Assembly: GCF_029024105.1 (NCBI RefSeq)
Contig: NZ_CP118963.1
Location: forward strand, 384,559-408,558
Reading direction: 5' to 3'
Length of the DNA stretch: 24,000 bases
From: Acinetobacter lwoffii
GTDB taxonomy: Bacteria > Pseudomonadota > Gammaproteobacteria > Pseudomonadales > Moraxellaceae
Both the position numbers and the translations under genes were made by a program. The notes under the pieces are model-generated. The model did no database searches. It was not told the origin of the DNA and was given only the letters and a program-made list of their open reading frames with translations. Shown here piece after piece: positions 15,684-24,000 of this stretch (position 1 is the first letter of the stretch; every line of letters begins with the position of its first letter).

Positions 15684-18600
15684 ATGGATAAAATAAATCA
15701 TAAAAATACGCTTTCAGCTGCGGTGTCAATGTTCATGACTCTAGCTGTATGTTACAGCGTGTCTGCACAAGCTAGTGATATTGATATTTATAGTAATACG
15801 ACTAGTGGCAAAACCACGATTACCATGATGCTCGATACATCAGGTAGTATGGGTAATGGTCTTTTTTATTATAGTACATTTTTCGGAATTTTTACTGGAT
15901 CTCATTCCACAAATAGTTTACAGGAAGATTATGGAGTTTGTGTGAATGCAAATTCCACTAGATATGAAAGTAATTCGAATATCCGTACAGAGGTGAAAAC
16001 TGTTACATTATCGGATAACACGACTGTTAATTACACAAGATATTATTGTAGGGTAAGAAATTCATCATCGGAATATACAAGACTAAAAGATAAGGGTGTT
16101 TGTACCGAGTCAGGCACTGAACTGCGATGTTTCGACCGGTTAACTCGATTAAAAGATGCTTTGATTGAAGTATTTCAAGATGCTGAAATTAAAGATAATA
16201 ATATTCTTATTGGATTGGGGCAGTATTCTAGTTCAACTTCAAGTATTGAAACCTCAAGTAATGCTGATGGAAGTACTGGACGAATTCTAGTTGCAGCAAA
16301 GCCGATGGATAATACGCATAGTGATAATTTAATTAAGGCTATTGTCAATTTATCCCCATATGGTGGTACACCTACAGCCCATGCTTATGCTGAGATTGGT
16401 GCATATATGTTAGGTAGGACAACTAAAGGCAGTAGTGAGAATGCTGGTAGTGGTTTTGATAAATCTAATACTACAGATATAAAGCAAGACAATAAATATA
16501 AATCACCGTTTGGCACAACTCTACCTTCCCCAACAGACACATGTAATGGTCAAGGTATTTATTTCTTGACTGATGGTGCACCCAACAGTTCGAATAATTC
16601 ATCTAAATTAATGAGACGAGCATTAGGTCTTAGTAGTGATTTTTCTGATTCAGGTGGGTTGCCTAATGGAAGTGAAGATAATAATCAAATGAGTTATGTG
16701 GGAGCGTTCGCTAAAAAAATACGGTCTGATTACAATATAAAAACTGCAGTAGTAGGTTTTGGTAAAGATTTTATTGTTAATGAAAATACTCTTAAACTAT
16801 TAGAAGATCCACTAACAAAGAAAATTAAGCCTTATTATGACTGTTCTCAGTTATCTGGAGATGCTAAAAATGCTTGTAACTGGGGAGCTAAACAACATGC
16901 TCAATTACCTAGTAACGTAGGTGGTTTTGGTAACGGTGGTTTTTATTCTGCTCAATCTACCCAAGATATTATAGATAGTATTAAATATTTCGTGGATGAT
17001 ACTAAACCTCCCTTTGACCCTGTTGCAACAGGTTCACCGACTTTACCGCAAGATGCTTTAAATCCATTACGCATTCAGCCTTATGGTTATTACGCTTCAT
17101 TTTTGCCGAAACCGCAGGAATCGACCCAGCTTTGGGTTGGGAATATGAATAAATATCATATTTTTAACGGCGAACTATATAATGCAAGCAAAACTATTCG
17201 CTTAATTAAGTCAGATGGTTCGCTTGACGCAGCCGCCAAAGGGCTTTGGACCGACGAGGGCATGAAAGGACAATTGCCTTTGGGTTTAAGCACCAATGGC
17301 GCAAATGAAAAAATTGCCAACCGTACTCTTTATACCAATCGGGAAATTACAGGTACTGCGGCTCCGTATGCAGCAAGTGAAATCGGTTCACTGAAAAAAG
17401 TCAATGTGACGACTTTATTTGGTACGGGCACTACAGCGTTATTTGCCAATGACCCAGATAAAAACTATTGGTTGAACCTGCTCGGCTATAATGTTGCCAC
17501 CACAGGTATAGTCACTTTAGCAGATCTTGCGACCAAACCTGAACTGCGTCAGGTCGGTTCGGTTATGCACTCCACTCCTATTTTGCTCACCCAGTCAGGT
17601 AAAATTTCATACACTTCTGGCACTATTGACACCACTGATCGTGACGATTACTTATTATTCGGTAGTACACAAGGATTATTGCATGTCGTACGGGCAGGCA
17701 AAAATGCAACTGATGCAAATCGTGGTAAAGAGGTTTTTGCCTTTGCGCCAAACGAAATGATGCAAAATCAAAAGAATGCTTTTCTATCTGAAACCAGTAC
17801 TACCTTGGGCAAAAATAACCTGTTCTACGGTATAGATGCACCGTGGACGGCTTATACCCAGTATGTTGCAAAAGCAGATGGAACATTGACCGTTAACGAC
17901 TCAGGTCGTGTTGCACAAAATGCCAGTGGTGATGATATTGCCATTAAAGGTTTGCAGTGGGTCTATGGTGGTTTGCGTATGGGAGGCAAAAGTTATTACG
18001 CTTTGAATTTATCTGACTTAGATAATCCAGAGCTCAAATTTCACATCGACCCAGCCAACTCAAAAATTTATAAATCAAGTTCCACAACTACAGGTGTAAC
18101 CGCTCTAAGCTATATGGGACAAAGCTGGTCTAAACCGACCATTGCTTATGTGAATTTTGGTGGGGTCAAGAAACTGGTCATGTTTGTGGGTGGGGGTTAT
18201 GACCCTGGTTATGAAGATGCGGCTTATGACCAAAATACTACAACAGGCGGCGGTGCGGGCGTATATATGTTTGATGCCAATAATGGCGACTTGCTTTGGT
18301 GGACCAGTGCCAATGCAACAGCAGCAGGTGGTGCAGAAGCCTATACCAATGTCAGTGCAACGAGCATTAACATGAAATATAGTGTAGTCAGTCAGATCAA
18401 TGCCATTGACCGTGATAGCGACGGTTTGGTCGACAACTTATACTTTGGTGACTTAGGTGGACAAGGTTTCCGTGTCGACTTAAATAATGCAGCAACAGGT
18501 ACGACCGCAAGTGCTAAAAAAGCGAATTTTGCTAAACGTGTTGTACGCTTATTTGATGAACATGCAACAGGTGGGGCAAGCCCTCGCTTCTATGAAATGC

Positions 18601-19271
18601 CAAGTGTGTCTATACATGACAGCGATGATGGCTATGTTGCTGCCGTTGCGTTTAGCTCAGGTAATCGCAGTTCACCATTGGTTGGGGCGGCTGGCACGAA
18701 TCAGGCGGGTTCAGCAACCAGTGCAGTAGATGGCGTATTTGTGGCTTATGATAAAGACGTTGCAAAAATGGATCTTTATGGTACGCCAACATTAACCACC
18801 CGGACTGCGCTGTCTTCCTTAAACAGTAACATGAGTACAGGTGTTGCAATTAATGGAAATAGCGGTTGGAAATATACCTATTCAAGTACTGCAGGTGCTT
18901 ATAAAGGAATGAATGAGCTATATGCCTTAGATGGTATGTTGTATGTCAATGTGTTTCATCGTGATGGTACAGGTATTGGTGGTTCGTGTGGTGCAGGTGT
19001 CAAAGGTGACAGCTATGTCTATCAGTTCTGTTTGCCTACAGGAAAATGTCCATTTAATACAACCACATCTGGGGTGCCGAATAGCGTAAAACTTGGTGCG
19101 GGTATTTTGGGTGCTGGTTTAGGTCAAGGACGTAGTAGTGCCAATAATACTGGGTTGATTGTAAACCGCCCTAACACGCTCAATTGTACCACTAGCCCAA
19201 ATTTACCTGAATGTCAGGAGTTTACCACCACAGCGAAACTTAGACAGTTACGTTGGTATGAAACTCGTTAA
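15684..19271 (+). CDS. pilY1: PilY1/PilC-family type IV pilus tip adhesin (N-terminal vWA domain, C-terminal beta-propeller)
   Basis: Signal peptide ...SVSAQA|SD. vWA MIDAS residues LDTSGSM / GGTPT / FLTDGAPN. C-terminal PilY1 domain with the Ca-binding loop DRDSDGLVD (18408-18434). 1195 aa. Confidence 0.88.
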   Translation: MDKINHKNTLSAAVSMFMTLAVCYSVSAQASDIDIYSNTTSGKTTITMMLDTSGSMGNGLFYYSTFFGIFTGSHSTNSLQEDYGVCVNANSTRYESNSNIRTEVKTVTLSDNTTVNYTRYYCRVRNSSSEYTRLKDKGVCTESGTELRCFDRLTRLKDALIEVFQDAEIKDNNILIGLGQYSSSTSSIETSSNADGSTGRILVAAKPMDNTHSDNLIKAIVNLSPYGGTPTAHAYAEIGAYMLGRTTKGSSENAGSGFDKSNTTDIKQDNKYKSPFGTTLPSPTDTCNGQGIYFLTDGAPNSSNNSSKLMRRALGLSSDFSDSGGLPNGSEDNNQMSYVGAFAKKIRSDYNIKTAVVGFGKDFIVNENTLKLLEDPLTKKIKPYYDCSQLSGDAKNACNWGAKQHAQLPSNVGGFGNGGFYSAQSTQDIIDSIKYFVDDTKPPFDPVATGSPTLPQDALNPLRIQPYGYYASFLPKPQESTQLWVGNMNKYHIFNGELYNASKTIRLIKSDGSLDAAAKGLWTDEGMKGQLPLGLSTNGANEKIANRTLYTNREITGTAAPYAASEIGSLKKVNVTTLFGTGTTALFANDPDKNYWLNLLGYNVATTGIVTLADLATKPELRQVGSVMHSTPILLTQSGKISYTSGTIDTTDRDDYLLFGSTQGLLHVVRAGKNATDANRGKEVFAFAPNEMMQNQKNAFLSETSTTLGKNNLFYGIDAPWTAYTQYVAKADGTLTVNDSGRVAQNASGDDIAIKGLQWVYGGLRMGGKSYYALNLSDLDNPELKFHIDPANSKIYKSSSTTTGVTALSYMGQSWSKPTIAYVNFGGVKKLVMFVGGGYDPGYEDAAYDQNTTTGGGAGVYMFDANNGDLLWWTSANATAAGGAEAYTNVSATSINMKYSVVSQINAIDRDSDGLVDNLYFGDLGGQGFRVDLNNAATGTTASAKKANFAKRVVRLFDEHATGGASPRFYEMPSVSIHDSDDGYVAAVAFSSGNRSSPLVGAAGTNQAGSATSAVDGVFVAYDKDVAKMDLYGTPTLTTRTALSSLNSNMSTGVAINGNSGWKYTYSSTAGAYKGMNELYALDGMLYVNVFHRDGTGIGGSCGAGVKGDSYVYQFCLPTGKCPFNTTTSGVPNSVKLGAGILGAGLGQGRSSANNTGLIVNRPNTLNCTTSPNLPECQEFTTTAKLRQLRWYETR

Positions 19272-19281
19272 GGGGTAAAGC

Positions 19282-19974
19282 ATGAAAAAATACTTCGCTA
19301 GGGTGGTTTTTTTGCACAGGTCGAATATAGTTGCGAACTCTGCTTGTGAGTTAAAAACTTGCAAGCAGGGATTCGCCCGCCTCAACCGCAATGCTGGATT
19401 TACACTTATTGAACTGATGATTGTTATCGTGATTATGGCAGTTCTTGCTGCCATCGCTTATCCTAATTATACGCAATACATGGAAAGACGAGATTTGGCA
19501 ATCGCGAGACAAGAAGCCTTGCGTATTGCTGCAGAGCTTGAACGGTTTAAATCAAGGAATTTTGGTTATAAAGGTTTTGATGCTAGTTATTTGTATGTAT
19601 ATACAGAGACGGATGCTGATGGAAATCCTACAACTGCCAGTTATTATAATAAAACGACGGGTCAATTGTTGTTGCCACTAGGCTCAACGAGTTCCACTGC
19701 GAAATATACGTTGACATTGGCGAATGGAGGAACAGGACATAAGCCCTTAACGATTGTTAAAGGACCTGATGGTCAAGAAACAGCAGATTCGGCGAGTGTG
19801 AACGGTTTGAGCTGGGTAATGTCGCTAGAGCGGGCTAAGGATAGTGATGGTGAGCCAAAACAGCCACGTAATTACGATCTGCTTTTAAGCAATACAGGTA
19901 TACGTTGTATGACAAAAGTCAAAGATGTAGTGACAGGTTATGCAAATTGCGGCAGTTATAGCGAGTCATGGTAA
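19282..19974 (+). CDS. PilE-like type IV minor pilin with unusually long N-terminal leader
   Basis: AG|[27 protein letters not shown] is preceded by 39 in-frame residues. AAGGGG SD 6 nt before the ATG at 19282. Paralogous to the next gene. Confidence 0.75.
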   Translation: MKKYFARVVFLHRSNIVANSACELKTCKQGFARLNRNAGFTLIELMIVIVIMAVLAAIAYPNYTQYMERRDLAIARQEALRIAAELERFKSRNFGYKGFDASYLYVYTETDADGNPTTASYYNKTTGQLLLPLGSTSSTAKYTLTLANGGTGHKPLTIVKGPDGQETADSASVNGLSWVMSLERAKDSDGEPKQPRNYDLLLSNTGIRCMTKVKDVVTGYANCGSYSESW

Positions 19975-20399
19975 TGAAAAAATACTCTTTAGCATTTACT
20001 TTAATTGAATTAATGATTGTTGTCGCAATTATTGGCATCTTGGCAGCAATTGCTTATCCATCTTACACACAGTACAAAATCCGTACCAATCGGGCAGATG
20101 TGCAAAGTGAAATGATGCAAATAGCCCAACGGTTACAGAGTTATTATGTCATCAATCATAATTATACCAACGCAAGATTGGACAATGGCACAGTGAGTAA
20201 AGCCTATCCTGCTTCAGGAAGTGTATATACCATCACCCTTGCGCCACTCGATCAAACTTGGACGCTTACGGCAGTCCCAACCCCGAATACAGTTCAAGAT
20301 GGTAATGGAGCAGTGGTGCTAAATAGCCAAGGACAAAAATGTTGGGAGAAAGGAACGACATGCAGTGTTTCTACTTCTTCAAATTGGGAAAGTCGTTAA
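19968..20399 (+). CDS. pilE: Type IV minor pilin PilE
   Basis: MVMKKYSLA|[33 protein letters not shown]. An alternative ATG at 19974 overlaps the upstream stop (TAATG). Confidence 0.82.
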   Translation: MVMKKYSLAFTLIELMIVVAIIGILAAIAYPSYTQYKIRTNRADVQSEMMQIAQRLQSYYVINHNYTNARLDNGTVSKAYPASGSVYTITLAPLDQTWTLTAVPTPNTVQDGNGAVVLNSQGQKCWEKGTTCSVSTSSNWESR

Positions 20400-20421
20400 T
20401 TCTCGTTTGATGAAGTCTCTT

Positions 20422-20449
20422 AAAAGAGCATTCCTAGATGCTCTTTTTT
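20422..20449 (+). terminator. Rho-independent terminator ending the minor-pilin operon
   Basis: AAAAGAGCAT-TCCTAG-ATGCTCTTTT stem plus T-run. Confidence 0.8.
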
Positions 20450-20600
20450 GTAAAAAATCCAAATTCAAAACTGTGGATAAATCTAAATTATTCTTTCTTT
20501 CAGCATAAAATTAACGTAAAATACTGCCCTCTATGAAAGGGGTTTGAGGTGTATCGATGGTCGGTACAAGGATAATCCGTAAAAACTATAAGGTTCTATC

Positions 20601-20858
20601 ATGGTTGTTATTCGTCTTGCACGCGGTGGTGCTAAAAAACGTCCGTTCTATCAAATCATTGTGACTGATAGCCGTAATGCACGTGACGGTCGTTTCATCG
20701 AACGTATCGGTTTCTTCAACCCGACAGCTCAAGGTAAAGCAGAAAAGCTTCGTTTAGATGCTGACCGTTTTGCTCACTGGGTTTCTCAAGGTGCTCAACC
20801 TTCTGATCGTGTTGCTTCTTTAGCTGCTCAAGCTAAAAAAGCTGCAGTTGCTGCATAA
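20601..20858 (+). CDS. rpsP: 30S ribosomal protein S16
   Basis: [41 protein letters not shown] is canonical S16. Confidence 0.96.
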   Translation: MVVIRLARGGAKKRPFYQIIVTDSRNARDGRFIERIGFFNPTAQGKAEKLRLDADRFAHWVSQGAQPSDRVASLAAQAKKAAVAA

Positions 20859-20888
20859 TTTTTATATAAATTAGGTAGTAGCTTGCCC

Positions 20889-21437
20889 ATGACACCAACA
20901 CAGAATGTTCCCGAAGATCGTATTCAGATTGGACAGTTGCGTTCAGCATATGGATTAAATGGGTGGCTCTGGGTCTATTCCAATACAGAACCTATGAGCA
21001 ACATATTTGACTATCTGCCTTGGTACATTGAGACCAAAGCAGGTTGGCAAATTGTCGATGTAAAACGTTGGAAACCACATGGCAAAGGCTTGGTTGTTTC
21101 GCTGAAAGGTGTGAGTGATCGCACTGGCGCGGATGAATTGGTTGGCGCAAATATCTGGATTTCAAAAGCTCAACTGCCTCAAGCGGGTGTAGATGAATAT
21201 TATTGGTCTGATTTAAAGGGTCTAACAGTGTTAGGTCTGAATGATGAGGATCAAGAAGTGAATCTCGGTCAAATTTTTGAACTGTTTGAAACAGGTGCCA
21301 ATGATGTGATGGTGGTTCGCGCAACTGCCGACAGTATCGATGGCGAAGAGCGCATGATTCCATGGCATAAAGATGTGGTACAACGCGTTGATCTTGAAGC
21401 TGGTCGTATTTACGTCAATTGGGGCGTAGACTACTAA
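20889..21437 (+). CDS. rimM: Ribosome maturation factor RimM
   Basis: MTPTQNVPEDRIQIGQLRSAYGLNGWLWVYS... is a RimM/PRC-barrel protein in rpsP-rimM-trmD-rplS synteny. The track TTG at 20883 is a possible alternative start. Confidence 0.9.
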   Translation: MTPTQNVPEDRIQIGQLRSAYGLNGWLWVYSNTEPMSNIFDYLPWYIETKAGWQIVDVKRWKPHGKGLVVSLKGVSDRTGADELVGANIWISKAQLPQAGVDEYYWSDLKGLTVLGLNDEDQEVNLGQIFELFETGANDVMVVRATADSIDGEERMIPWHKDVVQRVDLEAGRIYVNWGVDY

Positions 21438-21464
21438 CACTTTTTGGAAATAAGGGAGTCTGCG

Positions 21465-22199
21465 ATGTTTTTTGCAGTCATTACGCTTTTTCCTGAAATG
21501 TTTGAAGCGATTACAGCCTACGGTATTAGCGGGCGCGCAGCAAAACGTGATTTGATGCAAATTCATTGCATTAATCCTCGCGATTTTGCGACGGGCAACT
21601 ACAAACGGGTGGATGAACGTCCATTCGGTGGTGGTCCGGGTATGGTGATGATGGCGGAGCCTTTGGCACAAGCAATCCACCGTGCCAAAGAGCTTGCAAA
21701 TGAAGCAGGCGCAGTTCAGGTTCCTGTGGTGTATATGTCACCGCAAGGAAAAACCTTAAACGAAACTGCAGTACAAGACTTCGTTCAATATGACGGATTG
21801 ATTGTACTGTGTGGGCGTTATGAGGGGGTCGATGAACGTTTGATCCAGCAATATGTTGATCAGGAATGGTCAATTGGTGATTATGTTTTGTCGGGTGGTG
21901 AACTGCCAGCGATGGTTTTATTAGACAGTATTATCCGGAGGCTTCCGGGGGCGATGTCTGATGAACAATCCCATGTGCAAGACTCCTTTGTGGATGGTCT
22001 GTTAGACTGCCCACAATATACCAAGCCTGACCAGTTTGAAGGTTTGGATGTGCCTGAGGTACTTAAATCAGGTCATCATGCAAACATTGAAAAATGGCGG
22101 TTTTTGCAGCGTTATCAGCGAACACTTGAACGTCGACCTGAACTGGTCGAACAAGTAGAATTGACCAAGCAGCAAAAAAAATGGCTGAAAGATTTGTAA
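21465..22199 (+). CDS. trmD: tRNA (guanine37-N1)-methyltransferase
   Basis: [16 protein letters not shown]...[11 protein letters not shown]...[10 protein letters not shown]...[24 protein letters not shown] at 21452-21458. The track start at 21444 is an extension. Confidence 0.94.
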   Translation: MFFAVITLFPEMFEAITAYGISGRAAKRDLMQIHCINPRDFATGNYKRVDERPFGGGPGMVMMAEPLAQAIHRAKELANEAGAVQVPVVYMSPQGKTLNETAVQDFVQYDGLIVLCGRYEGVDERLIQQYVDQEWSIGDYVLSGGELPAMVLLDSIIRRLPGAMSDEQSHVQDSFVDGLLDCPQYTKPDQFEGLDVPEVLKSGHHANIEKWRFLQRYQRTLERRPELVEQVELTKQQKKWLKDL

Positions 22200-22271
22200 G
22201 ACATTGCTGAGAAATTGGTGCTGTCTTCGAAAACGGTACTTAAATTGAGTTTAAGTATTCTTTAATAGGCT

Positions 22272-22300
22272 CTTTAAAGTTGAGATGGTCAACTTTAAAG
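22272..22300 (+). other. Perfect 12-bp hairpin in the trmD-rplS spacer (CTTTAAAGTTGA-GATGG-TCAACTTTAAAG)
   Basis: Read directly. No U-tract follows. A second 7-bp hairpin ACTTAAA-TTGAG-TTTAAGT lies at 22238-22256. Confidence 0.85.
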
Positions 22301-22385
22301 GGAAAGATAATCGGGTCTATGCGCTTTAGCCTCTAGCCCCCGCGATGATCAGACCTCTTCTGACTCGCATTATTGGAGATACCCC

Positions 22386-22760
22386 ATGAGCGGTAAGCAT
22401 CCTTTAGTTCAAGTAATTGAAAATGCACAATTGAAACAAGACATCCCTGCATTTGCACCAGGGGATACAGTAATTGTTTCTGTAAAAGTTAAAGAGGGCG
22501 ACCGTGAGCGTCTTCAGGCTTTTGAAGGTGTTGTAATTGCTAAGAAAAACCGTGGTTTGAACTCTGCGTTCACAGTACGTAAAATTTCTAGCGGTGTTGG
22601 TGTTGAGCGTGTATTCCAAACTCACTCTCCAATCGTTGCTAAAGTTGAAGTGAAACGTCGTGGTGACGTTCGTCGCGCTAAACTTTACTACCTACGCGAA
22701 TTGTCTGGTAAAGCTGCACGTATCCGTGAAAAATTACCAGCTCGTAAAGTTAAAGCTTAA
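22386..22760 (+). CDS. rplS: 50S ribosomal protein L19
   Basis: ...[51 protein letters not shown] is canonical L19. Confidence 0.96.
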   Translation: MSGKHPLVQVIENAQLKQDIPAFAPGDTVIVSVKVKEGDRERLQAFEGVVIAKKNRGLNSAFTVRKISSGVGVERVFQTHSPIVAKVEVKRRGDVRRAKLYYLRELSGKAARIREKLPARKVKA

Positions 22761-22780
22761 TTTTAAGTTTTATACGAGTA

Positions 22781-22810
22781 AAAAAATGCGCCTTTGGGCG
22801 CATTTTTTTA
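22781..22810 (+). terminator. Rho-independent terminator after rplS
   Basis: AAAAAATGCGCC-TTTG-GGCGCATTTTTTT. Confidence 0.88.
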
Positions 22811-22830
22811 TGCCTGATTTTTTTTCAGAT

Positions 22831-23133
22831 TTATGTGAAATATTCCTGCAAAGGCAAGATCATTGCATCCAAAATATCCAAGAAAATTTTATGAATAAAC
22901 ATCAGCAATAATACAAAATATCCCCAAGACTGGAATCCTGCATTAAAAAGTTGAACGCAAATAAAGCATTGAGTGATAATAAGTAAAATACTGATCCATG
23001 CATTTACGACAATATGTCGATGACAAGAATAAAGCTCATATTTTTTAAATTGAAAAGGATCAATGACTTTTTGTTTGCAGCAGGGACAGGCTCTTTTAAA
23101 TTTGTTTTTGATTTCTATAGAACATCTCTGCAT
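22831..23133 (-). CDS. Hypothetical small membrane protein with Cys/His-rich N-terminus
   Basis: 100-aa ORF in an AT-rich gap. N-terminal CPCC...(17)...CHRH, then two hydrophobic helices (WISILLIITQCFICVQLF, WGYFVLLLMFIHKIF). No clear SD, and I do not recognise a homolog. Confidence 0.35.
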   Translation of the reverse strand: MQRCSIEIKNKFKRACPCCKQKVIDPFQFKKYELYSCHRHIVVNAWISILLIITQCFICVQLFNAGFQSWGYFVLLLMFIHKIFLDILDAMILPLQEYFT

Positions 23134-23237
23134 TTATTTTATTTCACAGTTCTTTTTATATTTGATGAATATTTTATATGCAGTTTGATCATGATTAACA
23201 ATTAAATTTTTAGAAAAAATTTAGGAAAAATAAGGGA

Positions 23238-23263
23238 GAAAAGCCTCTAGATGAATAGAGGCT
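23238..23263 (-). terminator. Probable terminator after the lipase gene
   Basis: The minus strand reads AGCCTCTA-TTCATC-TAGAGGCT followed by TTTTC. It lies 10 nt past the stop. Confidence 0.55.
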
Positions 23264-23272
23264 CGTATAGCT

Positions 23273-24000
23273 TTATAAACCTTGTAATTTTAAGCGGTTA
23301 GCATGTTGACGATACACATCGACCGGATCAGGTGCAAAGATATTTTTCAGTCCAAGAACCATATTGACTTCATCCAGATGGTTCCAGTTGTAGTTATCCC
23401 GAATGGTTTTACCGAATCTGGCACTACAGCGGGAAACCAGACCATCATTGTCCTTGCCGCCGTCAATGAGTAGAGCTGTAACTTTGAGGGCTGAGTCAGG
23501 ATCGAGCGGGTTGGTGACTTGACCTACACCTGTGAATGAATAGCTATAAATCCCTTTTTGCTGATAAATGCCTTCACCACAGGCCGTGGTCGGCATACCC
23601 AGTGGATATTTCTGATTGAATTTAGCAGATCGTGCCATAGTCAGGCTGCTACCACCTGCGAGTGAATCATGCGGAAAACTGTTTGGATCCAGACCTTGCG
23701 CCCAAGTAATAGCTTTTGACACCAGGTTGATGCCACCTACCAAAGGACCTTGTATTGGCGTGCCTTCTGCCTGAAGAATCAGGTCTGCCACTGGCGAGCC
23801 TTTATGCGGTGCACCGACTGAAGTCAGGGAAGCAACCATGCTAGGTTCCACGCCTGCCACATAACGAATGGTCGGGCCGCCATGTGAATGACCAATCAGA
23901 TTAACCTTGGATGCCCCGGTAATCGCCCGAATTTCTTTTACTTGCTGTAAAAGCTGTTCACCACGAATTTCCGATGAGTTAAATGGTGATACCCGTGTGG
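23273..24000 (-). CDS. lipA: Secreted triacylglycerol lipase, family I (LipA-like), 5' end outside window
   Basis: The frame stays open beyond the track's GTG at 23860 up to the window edge. It encodes ...SSEIRGEQLLQQVKEIRAITGASKVNLIGHSHGGPTIRYVAG... with the nucleophile elbow GHSHGG (23876-23893), the catalytic Asp context DNDGLVS and the His context WNHLDEVN. The C-terminus HANRLKLQGL resembles Pseudomonas LipA. Confidence 0.88.
   Translation of the reverse strand, partial: TRVSPFNSSEIRGEQLLQQVKEIRAITGASKVNLIGHSHGGPTIRYVAGVEPSMVASLTSVGAPHKGSPVADLILQAEGTPIQGPLVGGINLVSKAITWAQGLDPNSFPHDSLAGGSSLTMARSAKFNQKYPLGMPTTACGEGIYQQKGIYSYSFTGVGQVTNPLDPDSALKVTALLIDGGKDNDGLVSRCSARFGKTIRDNYNWNHLDEVNMVLGLKNIFAPDPVDVYRQHANRLKLQGL

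Noticed and set aside
17527-18849. Internal ORFs in other frames of pilY1 (17527-17760, 18157-18375, 18487-18729, 18652-18849)
   Set aside because: Shadow ORFs inside the 1195-aa pilY1 frame.
22660-23205. Plus-strand ORFs 22660-22911 and 23014-23205
   Set aside because: The first starts inside rplS in another frame and reads through its terminator. The second is antisense to the 100-aa minus-strand ORF and is Phe/Ile-rich, as expected from AT-rich DNA.
969-23860. ORF-track start codons at 969, 3255, 7892, 11981, 13063, 13916, 20883, 21444 and 23860
   Set aside because: They are longest-ORF artefacts (GTG/TTG or upstream ATG). Conserved N-termini and SD placement favour 981, 3261, 7883, 11999, 13108, 14033, 20889 and 21465. 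The lipase frame continues past 23860 to the window edge.
1-24000. Scan for CRISPR arrays, tRNA/rRNA genes and prophage or defence-island hallmarks
   Set aside because: I saw no regularly spaced direct repeats, cloverleaf-like GC-rich segments or integrase/restriction/toxin-like ORFs by eye. A tRNAscan/Infernal/CRISPR-finder run would be needed to exclude small elements formally.

Overview
The window reads as a gamma-proteobacterial chromosome. Gene order and protein sequences match what I recall for Acinetobacter (Moraxellaceae); this is recognition by eye, not a search. Left to right: two TPM-domain genes; a major type IV pilin locus (sigma-54 promoter, pilA, an AT-rich pilin-linked O-oligosaccharyltransferase gene, a TfpX/TfpZ-like accessory gene, then a second PglL-like O-OTase); bfr and bfd separated by a solo IS200/IS605-type tnpB element; ridA, spoT, rpoZ, gmk; ispH; the minor-pilin operon fimU-pilV-pilW-pilX-pilY1 plus two PilE-like pilins; rpsP-rimM-trmD-rplS; a small orphan ORF; and the 3' part of a family-I lipase gene. 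I saw no rRNA, tRNA or CRISPR array. Most noteworthy points: (1) a tnpB with no tnpA partner, reading Gly where the canonical RuvC-II glutamate should be, wedged between bfd and bfr; (2) a hybrid pilin-glycosylation island (two paralogous OTases plus a TfpZ-like gene) behind a pilin that lacks the C-terminal Ser used by TfpO-type enzymes; (3) atypical prepilin leaders in both PilE-like genes; (4) a Bfr subunit with substituted ferroxidase ligands; (5) a compositionally mosaic pilY1. Several ORF-track starts are upstream extensions, so I re-set them to the start codon that has an SD sequence and matches the conserved N-terminus.
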